This document shows positions 39,860 to 47,642 of a stretch of DNA of 64,000 bases, piece after piece; position 1 is the stretch's first letter; the number at the start of each line of letters is the position of its first letter. This stretch comes from a virus: the IMG/VR virus record IMGVR_UViG_3300009180_000022. The stretch is one strand, 5' to 3'. The notes beneath the pieces are model-generated. The model saw only the letters and a list, made by a program, of their open reading frames with translations. It made no database searches and was not told the DNA's origin. Position numbers and translations under genes: made by a program.

Positions 39860-40068
39860 ACACCGTAGCTTCTTACAACGCCTTTGCCCGTATGGCCACT
39901 TCCCTGGAAATCATGGGTTACAGGGACCACAATGCTGTGATCTCCCCGACAGACGCCGGTCGTGATGCCTTCACCTCCATGGTATATGACCTGGACTACA
40001 TGGGTCGGATCTCCCGTGAGGTCACCGAATACGAACTCTTCAACAGCCAGGAGTGCGAATTCGGTTGA
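39856..40068 (+). CDS. Early hypothetical protein
   Basis: Coupled ORF; stop TGA within cassette 40064. Confidence 0.65.
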   Translation: MNTVASYNAFARMATSLEIMGYRDHNAVISPTDAGRDAFTSMVYDLDYMGRISREVTEYELFNSQECEFG

Positions 40069-40117
40069 TTTAATTTCCGGTTATTACTATAATTGGATAT
40101 CAACAGGAGAACACACT

Positions 40118-40321
40118 ATGACACACTACGGAATGTTTACTGATATGGGCAACAGCTTGATAGCCCGCGTTGTTCTGACAGCACGTCAGTTTGCACTCAG
40201 CGAGGCCTCTGTACGCGCCATGCTGGAGGCGATTGCAAAGGATGAGACGTATAGTGAGGCGACTGATACCGCCGTTCGCGAAAGTGTGCTGGCCGATCTC
40301 CGCTCGCCCCGTCAACTGTAA
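40118..40321 (+). CDS. Early hypothetical protein
   Basis: ATG after cassette RBS; YGMFTDMGN, EATDTAVRE. Confidence 0.7.
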   Translation: MTHYGMFTDMGNSLIARVVLTARQFALSEASVRAMLEAIAKDETYSEATDTAVRESVLADLRSPRQL

Positions 40322-40331
40322 GGAGCAACCT

Positions 40332-40508
40332 ATGAATAACCCTATCCCTCGCTGCGGCCTGTTTGCAACCCGTACCCTGGAGGCTATACAGGCCGATATA
40401 GAAGGCCTTCCACCTACCCAGAAGGCACTGGTATACCAGTACGTGATGGCCACACTCAATGCATGTCATGCCATGGTGAAGGAAGAGATCGCCATGGAGT
40501 TGACTTAA
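40332..40508 (+). CDS. Early hypothetical protein
   Basis: AAGGAG RBS; stop within cassette 40499. Confidence 0.65.
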   Translation: MNNPIPRCGLFATRTLEAIQADIEGLPPTQKALVYQYVMATLNACHAMVKEEIAMELT

Positions 40509-40558
40509 TTACGTAATCTGGTTATAATCACTTGTGGTTGTTAAAAAGGATACACACT

Positions 40559-40921
40559 ATGACTGACACTATGACACGCCTTGAGGAACTCCAATGCATT
40601 TTCTGGGATATGTACAAAGACGCCTACGGTGTCCGTCCCCGTGGCATTGATACGTCCACCTGGGACGAGGCTACCTTTAACGCCGAGTTTGACTACCTGG
40701 TGGACTTGATTGGCAAGAACGAGCAGGCGCGCCAGATCGCCGAGCAAGAGGCCGCCCATGCCTTTGAGATGCGTGTGCAATCCATCATGGCGTGCGGGGC
40801 CAAGGATCGTGCCATGGCCCTACGTTGGATCCATGAGGCCGAAGGCTCTGACGGTGATGACGAGTACCTGTGCTATCTGGTTGGCCTGCCCTATCGTTAC
40901 TTTGCCAAGGAGGCTGTATGA
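40559..40921 (+). CDS. Conserved early phage protein
   Basis: WDMYKDAYGVRPR, GAKDRAMALRW, YLVGLPYRYF. Confidence 0.75.
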   Translation: MTDTMTRLEELQCIFWDMYKDAYGVRPRGIDTSTWDEATFNAEFDYLVDLIGKNEQARQIAEQEAAHAFEMRVQSIMACGAKDRAMALRWIHEAEGSDGDDEYLCYLVGLPYRYFAKEAV

Positions 40922-41091
40922 CTGATCGTACTATGCGAGTGATCCCCAGCGTGGGTGAAGCAGGCTTGGACCCAGAAGCCAGTTCGGGCAACGGGCAGTT
41001 CTATGTCCGTCTCTACGATGGATCCTACGATATGTGTGGCTATGACACCATCGAAGAAGCCTGGGAAGAACTCATTGCCATTGCAGGTTGA
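40918..41091 (+). CDS. Early hypothetical protein
   Basis: ATGA coupling; stop TGA within cassette 41087. Confidence 0.6.
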   Translation: MTDRTMRVIPSVGEAGLDPEASSGNGQFYVRLYDGSYDMCGYDTIEEAWEELIAIAG

Positions 41092-41144
41092 TTTAATTAC
41101 GGATATTGCTTATAATTGGACATCTAATCTACTAAGGAATCACA

Positions 41145-41513
41145 ATGAACTACTTTTTTAATGATACGCCCGTTACTGAGGCCGAATACAATAAGCTTAT
41201 CACCGAGGCGGTAGAGGCGGCCGAAGTCCTGGAGCATGCTAAGGCGGCTGCATTGGCTGTTGCCAAGGCCGAAAAGGAGGCTTTGCCTAAGAAGGTGGCA
41301 AAGGCCAAGGTTGTGAAGGCTCCTAAGGGTCCTAAGAAGATGGCAACCCCTGAGGTCAAGCTTGGTTCTAAGACCGATACCGCCCGTAACCTGATGCTTG
41401 GTGTTGGTGTAGAAAACAAGGCCGCATGCATTTTGGCTATCATGGAAGGTCTGGGAGTGACTAAGGGTAACGCCTCCTGCTACTACGCCAACGTGATGAA
41501 GAAGCTGGGATGA
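41145..41513 (+). CDS. Early Lys/Ala-rich, possibly DNA-binding protein
   Basis: KKVAKAKVVKAPK linker and helical C-terminal domain. Confidence 0.65.
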   Translation: MNYFFNDTPVTEAEYNKLITEAVEAAEVLEHAKAAALAVAKAEKEALPKKVAKAKVVKAPKGPKKMATPEVKLGSKTDTARNLMLGVGVENKAACILAIMEGLGVTKGNASCYYANVMKKLG

Positions 41514-41659
41514 TGATGACCCCTGAAGACGTCTGGGACGAACTTGTGGCCATGTTCGGTGATCGCCTGCCGGATATGGACCACGAACCCATTCGCTTTG
41601 CCTACTACGTCAAACTGTACCTATACCAAAAAGGATTGAATAATGCTAACCCGTCCTAA
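41510..41659 (+). CDS. 49 aa hypothetical protein (absent from ORF track)
   Basis: ATGA coupling; MFGDRLPDMDHEPIRFAYYVKLY. Confidence 0.6.
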   Translation: MMMTPEDVWDELVAMFGDRLPDMDHEPIRFAYYVKLYLYQKGLNNANPS

Positions 41660-41747
41660 AGAACACGAATATGTGAGTCATGTGGCTTATACGCGTGCCT
41701 TGGAAGAATACTGTGATGCACTAGAAAAGGAGAAAACCAATGGATGA
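41643..41747 (+). CDS. 34 aa hypothetical protein (absent from ORF track)
   Basis: AAGGA RBS; MLTRPKEHEYVSHVAYTRALEEYCDALE. Confidence 0.55.
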   Translation: MLTRPKEHEYVSHVAYTRALEEYCDALEKEKTNG

Positions 41748-41937
41748 AACACCGAATGCAGCTGCATTCGCCAATGCAGGCTACGCCATCTACAACCATC
41801 CGAAACCTGTCGGATGCTGGGTGCTATACGAACAGGCGCCTGTTAAGACGTCATTCTCCATGTACTACAAGCCCACAGACGAACAGATCAAGAACACCGA
41901 GGAACTCCTTGGATGGACCTGGAATGATGCAGAATGA
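41740..41937 (+). CDS. Hypothetical protein
   Basis: AAGGAG RBS. Confidence 0.6.
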   Translation: MDETPNAAAFANAGYAIYNHPKPVGCWVLYEQAPVKTSFSMYYKPTDEQIKNTEELLGWTWNDAE

Positions 41938-42134
41938 CCGAACCCCGCCGTATCACCAAACCCGAACGTGTCTATGAATACATGCTGACTGGGGAATGGG
42001 CATATGCCGACTTCACCCAATGGCTTGGTGAATTCGTGGAGGCCTCTCAGGACAAGGCCTATCATGCCGGCCTGCAGTGTGGTATAGAGGTCGAAAAAGA
42101 ACGGGTCTCCCAGGCGAAAAAACAGTTGACTTAA
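41934..42134 (+). CDS. Hypothetical protein
   Basis: ATGA coupling; stop within cassette 42125. Confidence 0.6.
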   Translation: MTEPRRITKPERVYEYMLTGEWAYADFTQWLGEFVEASQDKAYHAGLQCGIEVEKERVSQAKKQLT

Positions 42135-42180
42135 TTACGTCATTCTCCTATAATTGGATATCAACAGGAGAAAACGACTT

Positions 42181-42411
42181 ATGACTAACTTGAATACCTA
42201 CGTAGACCGCATCAACAAATTCGCCCGCATCTTTGGCAAGCGCCAGCTGTCCTTGGCCATTGCCGCCGATCGTCAGACGATTGCCGAAGGCCTGGAAGGT
42301 GATCTGAGCCCCGAAAACCTAACCTGTGACGGTGAACTGTCTGCCGCCCAGGTCCGCCAGCGTGCCAAGTTCCTCAATGCATGCGTCAAAGAACTGGCGG
42401 CTCTGAAATGA
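42181..42411 (+). CDS. Conserved early phage protein
   Basis: LSPENLTCDGEL motif; cassette RBS. Confidence 0.72.
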   Translation: MTNLNTYVDRINKFARIFGKRQLSLAIAADRQTIAEGLEGDLSPENLTCDGELSAAQVRQRAKFLNACVKELAALK

Positions 42412-42635
42412 ACAAACGAATTAAAGAACTGGCCGAACAGGCTGGAATGATTATTGTTGACGATGAGTTTTCAACTTATGGAAAGTTTGCTGAAAAGTTC
42501 TCCGAGTTAGTAGCCACACATTGTGCTAATATCTGCCTAGAAATGGCAGCAAAGTGTGCAGGACTACCAGGTGACGGTGCTCTTGCCAAAGATTGTGCCT
42601 ACTGGATTCTAGAAGATTTTGGAGTAAATAAATGA
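42408..42635 (+). CDS. MNxRIKELA...FGV mini-protein family, copy 1
   Basis: MNKRIKELAEQAG..EKFSELV..FGVNK. Confidence 0.7.
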   Translation: MNKRIKELAEQAGMIIVDDEFSTYGKFAEKFSELVATHCANICLEMAAKCAGLPGDGALAKDCAYWILEDFGVNK

Positions 42636-42901
42636 ACGAACGAATTAAAGAACTATACGAGCAGAGTCTCACCCACACCACCGGCAAGGACCACGCTGGC
42701 AATCCTATGCTGGTTATTAAACAGAACCCTGAAAAGTTTGCCGAGTTGATTGTTCGGGAATGTCTCGAAGAATTGCGATATACGGTTCTTGATACACAGG
42801 AATTGCGTCGGGACAAAAGCACTGATTATCAAGTGGGTTGGGAAGATGGTATGTTTGATGCCGGTGAAACGATTAAGAACATTTTTGGAGTTGAAGAATG
42901 A
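42632..42901 (+). CDS. MNxRIKELA...FGV mini-protein family, copy 2
   Basis: MNERIKEL..EKFAELIVREC..FGVEE. Confidence 0.72.
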   Translation: MNERIKELYEQSLTHTTGKDHAGNPMLVIKQNPEKFAELIVRECLEELRYTVLDTQELRRDKSTDYQVGWEDGMFDAGETIKNIFGVEE

Positions 42902-43152
42902 ATCAACATCTAATAGATAAACTGCTACACAAGGCTGGTGCTCGCTTTGGTGCCGAGGGTATTGACTATTCTGGTTTTACGTCAAGCAAGTTCGCCCGGT
43001 TGATTGTTCAGGAATGTATCACTATTGTGGACGAGCAGAAAGAATGCTTACACGAAGAACAGAAATATTGGCATGATCGAGACTATGGATATGCGTTGGC
43101 AGTGGACGATGCCAGCAAGGGTATCAAACAATTTTTCGGAGTTGAAGAATGA
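42898..43152 (+). CDS. MNxRIKELA...FGV mini-protein family, copy 3
   Basis: KFARLIVQEC..FFGVEE. Confidence 0.72.
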   Translation: MNQHLIDKLLHKAGARFGAEGIDYSGFTSSKFARLIVQECITIVDEQKECLHEEQKYWHDRDYGYALAVDDASKGIKQFFGVEE

Positions 43153-43241
43153 ACTTCTTCTGGGGATTCCTAGTGGGCTACATTGTTGGGGTGCTGTATA
43201 TGTGTTACCGGTCTAATGAAGATCAGAGAAATAACAGTTGA
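43149..43241 (+). CDS. 30 aa single-pass membrane peptide (absent from ORF track)
   Basis: MNFFWGFLVGYIVGVLYMCYRSNEDQRNNS; stop TGA in cassette 43237. Confidence 0.6.
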   Translation: MNFFWGFLVGYIVGVLYMCYRSNEDQRNNS

Positions 43242-43271
43242 CTTAATTACGCCGTTTGACTATAATAGGAC

Positions 43272-43410
43272 ATACAAAGGAAGAACGCACATACCGCCGG
43301 TCGTATCACACTGAGTAATCGGGGTGCCGGAGATAGTCTCATGGAGACTGAAGGGATGCTAGTGTATAACCTGTGCACGGGCCGATTGCTAGAGTGTGCT
43401 TCCTGCGTAT
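43272..43410 (+). ncRNA. Candidate structured ncRNA (~139 nt) with its own early promoter
   Basis: Closing stem ATAC-AA-AGGAAG..GCACAT / GTGTGC-TTCCT-GC-GTAT; internal hairpins CTGA-GTAA-TCGG, AGTCTC-ATG-GAGACT, CCTG-TGCA-CGGG; no RBS-led ORF. Confidence 0.6.
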
Positions 43411-43434
43411 ACCTATTTTTGTTTGGAGATTGTT

Positions 43435-43815
43435 ATGAGCTATATGCGTGATTATTGTGATGTGAGTGTGCTGAAGGGCAAGACTCTGGTTTCTTGCGTG
43501 TCGATCGATGACGTGATCACATTCACGACTTCTGACGGTGATGTATACAGAATGTACCATGGGCAAGACTGCTGCGAGTCGGTGTACATCGACGACATCG
43601 TTGGCGACTTGCAAGACTTGGTTGGTTCTGAGATCCTGATGGCAGAGGAAGTGGAAGGCGAAAGCCCTGCTGAATTTGATCCTAACGATTACGAATCATA
43701 CACATGGACGTTCTACAAGTTTGCAACGATCAAGGGATATGTGGACATCCGTTGGTGCGGCTCGTCTAATGGGTACTACTCAGAGGGCGTTGACTTTTGT
43801 AAGATAGGAGATTAA
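43435..43815 (+). CDS. Conserved phage hypothetical protein
   Basis: HGQDCCESV, TWTFYK, RWCGSSNGYYSE; GGAG RBS. Confidence 0.75.
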   Translation: MSYMRDYCDVSVLKGKTLVSCVSIDDVITFTTSDGDVYRMYHGQDCCESVYIDDIVGDLQDLVGSEILMAEEVEGESPAEFDPNDYESYTWTFYKFATIKGYVDIRWCGSSNGYYSEGVDFCKIGD

Positions 43816-43816
43816 T

Positions 43817-43978
43817 ATGACTGAACTAGAAATATTGCAGGCGAAAGCTAAGGCGATCCTGGAAAGCTGTGCCCATTGGAAGTCGTGTCAGGACGGCTCC
43901 TATGAAATGGCCCTTCACTATGCAGGGTATGATGCATTGTGCAAGCAGATTTGGGAACACAAGAATGAACTGTTGTGA
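43817..43978 (+). CDS. 53 aa hypothetical protein (absent from ORF track)
   Basis: AGGAG RBS; MTELEILQAKAKAILESC. Confidence 0.55.
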   Translation: MTELEILQAKAKAILESCAHWKSCQDGSYEMALHYAGYDALCKQIWEHKNELL

Positions 43979-44207
43979 TGATTACGGTAATTGTATCCAA
44001 GGCCCCGAATGCCCTATTCGTAAAGAAAAAGTACTGACCGACCCGTTTAAAGCATACGTAGTTAGCAACGCATCTGATACTATCATTATGGATCCAATCA
44101 ACCGGGCTGAAAATCTTACTTTGCTTGAGTTAGTTTATGATGCCGGTTATAATCAAGGACGTGCATCAGTGATGCAGGAACAACTTAAACTACTGGAAAC
44201 AACATGA
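43965..44207 (+). CDS. Hypothetical protein with Cys-rich N-terminus
   Basis: MNCCDDYGNCIQGPECPIR. Confidence 0.6.
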   Translation: MNCCDDYGNCIQGPECPIRKEKVLTDPFKAYVVSNASDTIIMDPINRAENLTLLELVYDAGYNQGRASVMQEQLKLLETT

Positions 44208-44422
44208 CCGGAATACCTGCTGGACTAACGTTAGATTTTGAAACTGCTGACCGAATCACTCTCTTGAACCTTAAAGAGGCGTTGGATAATCTTGAAAAAG
44301 AAGTGCATAACCATCTTGAAAACAGCAAATGGATGCATCCAGAAGATTTGCAAGAAGCAACAGCGTATCTTATTCCTGCACTAAAGAGGTTGGTTAAGTA
44401 TTATGGTGGTTCATATGAATAG
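44204..44422 (+). CDS. Hypothetical protein
   Basis: LDFETADRIT..WMHPED; ATGA coupling. Confidence 0.65.
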   Translation: MTGIPAGLTLDFETADRITLLNLKEALDNLEKEVHNHLENSKWMHPEDLQEATAYLIPALKRLVKYYGGSYE

Positions 44423-44573
44423 CCGTATCAAAGAACTTGCTGCTAAAGCCGGATTTATTTTCTGGGAAGATGAGTCATGGAGACCTGAAGGTCAACTCAT
44501 AGACTGGTCATCAGATTATGATAGCGCATTGGAGCACTTTGCCGAGTTACTTAAGGAAGAGTATGAAGTGTGA
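44415..44573 (+). CDS. MNxRIKELA family, short copy (absent from ORF track)
   Basis: MNSRIKELAAKAGF..EHFAELL. Confidence 0.65.
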   Translation: MNSRIKELAAKAGFIFWEDESWRPEGQLIDWSSDYDSALEHFAELLKEEYEV

Positions 44574-44853
44574 TGTATGCGGACTTGATGATAAAAATGC
44601 CAAAGACTGGTCCCACGTCTGCGCCTCTGAAATAAAAACTGATGATCGTACATTAGTTAATTTGACCGATCGGGAGCTATACGAGGCAATATTGCTTCGC
44701 GGCTCAAAGCAAATATATGATGAGTTCCTATTCCAGAAAACCAGCCTGCAAGGCCGCGGAGAGGTGCAGTTGCGGCAATGGGCTAGAGATGCACGAGATT
44801 TCTTTTATCATGAATTTGTGCGTAAGAATGAAAACGTAAAGGATAAACTATGA
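44563..44853 (+). CDS. Hypothetical protein
   Basis: AAGGA RBS; MKCDVCG..HVC. Confidence 0.6.
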   Translation: MKCDVCGLDDKNAKDWSHVCASEIKTDDRTLVNLTDRELYEAILLRGSKQIYDEFLFQKTSLQGRGEVQLRQWARDARDFFYHEFVRKNENVKDKL

Positions 44854-45281
44854 ACGAAAAACTTGATAACGAACTATGTACCAAGTATCCAAAGCTATTT
44901 GTAAACAGGCATGCAGATATGAAAGTTACGGCTATGTGCTGGGGATTCTCATGCGGGGACGGATGGTATAATATTATCAACCACCTGTGTAGCAATATTC
45001 AGCATCACCTAGATTGGGTTAATAAAAAAGAAGTAAAGGTAGCCCAGGTAGAAGTAAGTCAGGTTAAAGAAAAGTTCGGCACCCTTCGGTTTTACTATAC
45101 TGGTGGTGATGATTATATTAACGGCATGGTGGCTATGGCTGAAAGTATGAGTTCAGTGACTTGTGAAGAATGCGGTGCACCTGGTAAGACCAGTCGTAGG
45201 GGGTGGCTGGTTACGTTGTGTGATGAGCATGCAGCTGCTCGGGAAGCCTCGCTTGCTGCCCATGTTGGTACTAATGTTTAA
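44850..45281 (+). CDS. Conserved phage protein with C-terminal zinc ribbon
   Basis: CGDGW, QVKEKFGTLRFY, TCEECG..TLCDEH. Confidence 0.75.
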   Translation: MNEKLDNELCTKYPKLFVNRHADMKVTAMCWGFSCGDGWYNIINHLCSNIQHHLDWVNKKEVKVAQVEVSQVKEKFGTLRFYYTGGDDYINGMVAMAESMSSVTCEECGAPGKTSRRGWLVTLCDEHAAAREASLAAHVGTNV

Positions 45282-45300
45282 TATTAAAGAAGGAAGTGTT

Positions 45301-45510
45301 ATGCCGTATTTAATTGCGTTTGGCGGGCTTATGACCATAGTATTGATAGTAGGGTTTATTTTAGCATATCCTATCATGCTGTTATGGAACGGATGCCTAG
45401 TTCCAGCTATTCCATCCATCCAGGAAATTGGATGGCTGCAGGCCTGGGGTATTCAAGTACTTTTTTCTGTCCTGTTCAAGACAACCGTGTCCACTAAAAA
45501 GGAAGACTGA
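45301..45510 (+). CDS. Small membrane protein
   Basis: Hydrophobic; MLLWN..IGWLQAWG. Confidence 0.6.
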   Translation: MPYLIAFGGLMTIVLIVGFILAYPIMLLWNGCLVPAIPSIQEIGWLQAWGIQVLFSVLFKTTVSTKKED

Positions 45511-45511
45511 A

Positions 45512-45691
45512 ATGACTTTAGAGGAATACGTTGCTGAATTAACTTTTGCTGTTGACGCCAGACTGGTTGAAGAAACGAAAGACTGGTCTACTGAGAATAA
45601 AATGTATGTGTACTTGCACAACATCCAACTTAGCTTTATGTCGCTGTATATGGATCGGTTACTTGAGTCACAAGTACCAATTAAAGAATGA
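45512..45691 (+). CDS. Hypothetical protein
   Basis: AAGGA RBS. Confidence 0.5.
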   Translation: MTLEEYVAELTFAVDARLVEETKDWSTENKMYVYLHNIQLSFMSLYMDRLLESQVPIKE

Positions 45692-45924
45692 ATACTTTAA
45701 TTAAATCTATCGCACTTCAATCCGGTGCCAGTCATAAACAGAATCTGGGTGTATATCAGTTTTACGAAAGTGAACTTGAGGTGTTTGTAAAGAGTATAGT
45801 TATGGAGTGCATTCATATTAGCAACACTATTGATGCTGCTTATGGAGCACCCTCTACTACCGGGCAAATGTTAAAAACACATTTTGATATTGATAAGCTA
45901 CCCACCAGGTACATAGAACCCTAA
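45688..45924 (+). CDS. Divergent MNxRIKELA-family protein
   Basis: MNTLIKSIALQSG..FVKSIVMEC..LKTHF. Confidence 0.6.
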   Translation: MNTLIKSIALQSGASHKQNLGVYQFYESELEVFVKSIVMECIHISNTIDAAYGAPSTTGQMLKTHFDIDKLPTRYIEP

Positions 45925-46500
45925 CCTGCCCATTCCTGTTTCATTATCATTATCAGGAATACGTACATAATTAGGAAAAGGCGGCTTTTGATCTACTGAC
46001 CATATTGGCCAAAAATCATCATGCATTATTGGATCGGGGTTAGGTCGTAAATGCACCTCAATCACCTTACCACCAATGACTTCAATGTTAATATGGTTAG
46101 CCTCTACATTCATTAAAACATCAGGTACAGGGTAATGGTAAACCACCCTTGTCCAGCGTACAAAGTGTATAAGGTCTTCATGAACATTTTTACCTTCAAA
46201 AGTTGCATCTTGATACCATACATTATCCCTTCGAATGTAGTCAATTGTAATATGTTTTCCCTCGAAAACCTCACAATAAAATAATCCCGAATTAACCTTT
46301 TCACCTTTTTCAAAATATCTTATAACCGCGTCCCTACCCATACCTTTGAGGTTTGTTATTGGTCGTACTATCCATAAACCATTTTCTGGTATTTCGGTAT
46401 CCCCGCACCTGTAACCTAACGACTTGGAAAGTCGTAATTTATCGTATAGATGGCTGTCGTCTGGAAAAGCTTCGAATGCTTGTATGTCGGTTTTTATCAT
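45898..46500 (-). CDS. ATP-grasp-like hypothetical protein, late expressed
   Basis: WIVRPITNLKGMG, YCEVFEG.H.TIDY, NIEVIGGKVIEVHLR; late promoter just upstream. Confidence 0.6.
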   Translation of the reverse strand: MIKTDIQAFEAFPDDSHLYDKLRLSKSLGYRCGDTEIPENGLWIVRPITNLKGMGRDAVIRYFEKGEKVNSGLFYCEVFEGKHITIDYIRRDNVWYQDATFEGKNVHEDLIHFVRWTRVVYHYPVPDVLMNVEANHINIEVIGGKVIEVHLRPNPDPIMHDDFWPIWSVDQKPPFPNYVRIPDNDNETGMGRLGFYVPGG

Positions 46501-46505
46501 TTAAG

Positions 46506-46513
46506 TATTTATA
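46506..46513 (-). promoter_or_regulatory. Late promoter (minus strand)
   Basis: TATTTATA on + = TATAAATA on -. Confidence 0.75.
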
Positions 46514-46516
46514 AGT

Positions 46517-46546
46517 GTTGCTTTAATTTTCATTTGTGACTATAAT
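46517..46546 (+). promoter_or_regulatory. Early promoter upstream of RNA ligase
   Basis: GTTGCTTTAATT...TATAAT, 17 bp spacer. Confidence 0.78.
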
Positions 46547-46631
46547 CAATCATGAGGTAAGGAATGCTATGCCAGGATTTAACAGTAAACGCCAGATGGT
46601 GAATGATAAATTTATTGAAGGAAATACTAAT

Positions 46632-47642
46632 ATGCGTAAGTTAGCTACAATTCGAACAATCGATGAACTGCGTCCTATTGAGGGTGCGGATGCAATCGAA
46701 GCTGCCGTTGTTGGTGGCTGGACCTGTGTGGTAAAGAAGGGTGAGTATAAAGTAGGTGACCGTGCTGTATACTGCGAGATTGATTCATGGATCCCTCATG
46801 AGCTAGCATCATTCCTATCTAAGGGAAAAGAGCCTCGCGAGTTTGAAGGCATCAAAGGCGAACGCCTACGTACGGTTAAGTTACGCGGTCAGCTGTCTCA
46901 GGGTCTGTTGCTTAACCTGGATCAAGTTATTCCTCAAACCAATTCGTTTGTCGAAGGTGAAGATGTGTCTGAGCTGCTTGGAATTATCAAGTGGGAGAAG
47001 CCAATGAATGCTCAACTGGCTGGCATGGCTAAGGGCAATTTTCCTTCACTGATTCCTAAGACTGATCAAGAACGTGTCCAGAACCTGAAGAAGGAAATTG
47101 CTGACGCTACTGGCCTTTATTTTGAGGTATCAGAGAAGCTGGAAGGCTCTTCAATGACTGTATACCAGATCAAAGGTGAGTTTGGTGTTTGTTCTCGCAA
47201 CCTTGACCTTAAGGAAACAGAAGGCAATGCATTCTGGGCTACTGCCCGCCGCGATGATATTGAGGCAAAGATGAAGGTTGTAAATGAGCACTGGGACTTT
47301 GCAATTCAGGGTGAGTTGATTGGACCTGGAATTCAGGGCAATATTTACAAACTATCTCAGCCTATGTTCTGTGTATTTGATGTGTATGACATTCAAGATG
47401 GATCTTACCTGGATCCAGATACTCGTCGTGCTTTGATTGCAAAAATGGATCTGAACCACGTACCTGTGCTTTTGATTGATAAAGACCTTGTAGTGGGTTC
47501 TGTTGAAGAAATTTTGCAGTGGGCCGAAGGTGCATCAAAACTAAACGAAAAGCAAGAGCGTGAAGGTATTGTGTTCAAAGAAGCTAACGGTGGAATGTCT
47601 TTCAAGGCAATCTCTAACAAGTATCTACTAGGAGAAAAATAA
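46632..47642 (+). CDS. RNA ligase, DRB0094/Rnl5-like family
   Basis: MRKLATIR, VYCEIDS, LRGQLSQG, motif I EKLEGSS, QGELIGPGIQGN, EGIVFK, FKAISNKYLL. Confidence 0.9.
   Translation: MRKLATIRTIDELRPIEGADAIEAAVVGGWTCVVKKGEYKVGDRAVYCEIDSWIPHELASFLSKGKEPREFEGIKGERLRTVKLRGQLSQGLLLNLDQVIPQTNSFVEGEDVSELLGIIKWEKPMNAQLAGMAKGNFPSLIPKTDQERVQNLKKEIADATGLYFEVSEKLEGSSMTVYQIKGEFGVCSRNLDLKETEGNAFWATARRDDIEAKMKVVNEHWDFAIQGELIGPGIQGNIYKLSQPMFCVFDVYDIQDGSYLDPDTRRALIAKMDLNHVPVLLIDKDLVVGSVEEILQWAEGASKLNEKQEREGIVFKEANGGMSFKAISNKYLLGEK

Larger units (their letters stand above)
37074..43266 (+). repeat. Array of 11 repeated early promoter/RBS cassettes
   Basis: GT(T/G)GA(T/C)TTAATT-N12-TATAAT at 37074, 37396, 38328, 38989, 39272, 39713, 40064, 40499, 41087, 42125, 43237; six copies continue TGGATATCAACAG(G)AG. 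Confidence 0.92.

Noticed and set aside
37396-42171. Repeats as canonical integron attC sites
   Set aside because: GTT is at the 5' end and AAC at the 3' end, opposite to attC, and no integrase is in the window; kept only as an analogy
37074-43266. Repeat array as CRISPR
   Set aside because: Intervals are 280-1100 bp and hold whole genes; repeats are -35/-10/SD elements; no cas genes in the window
43272-43410. Structured RNA as tRNA, hammerhead, retron msr-msd or known riboswitch
   Set aside because: No T-loop or cloverleaf, CTGAGTA does not fit the CUGANGA/GAAA core, no reverse transcriptase nearby, no aptamer consensus recognised
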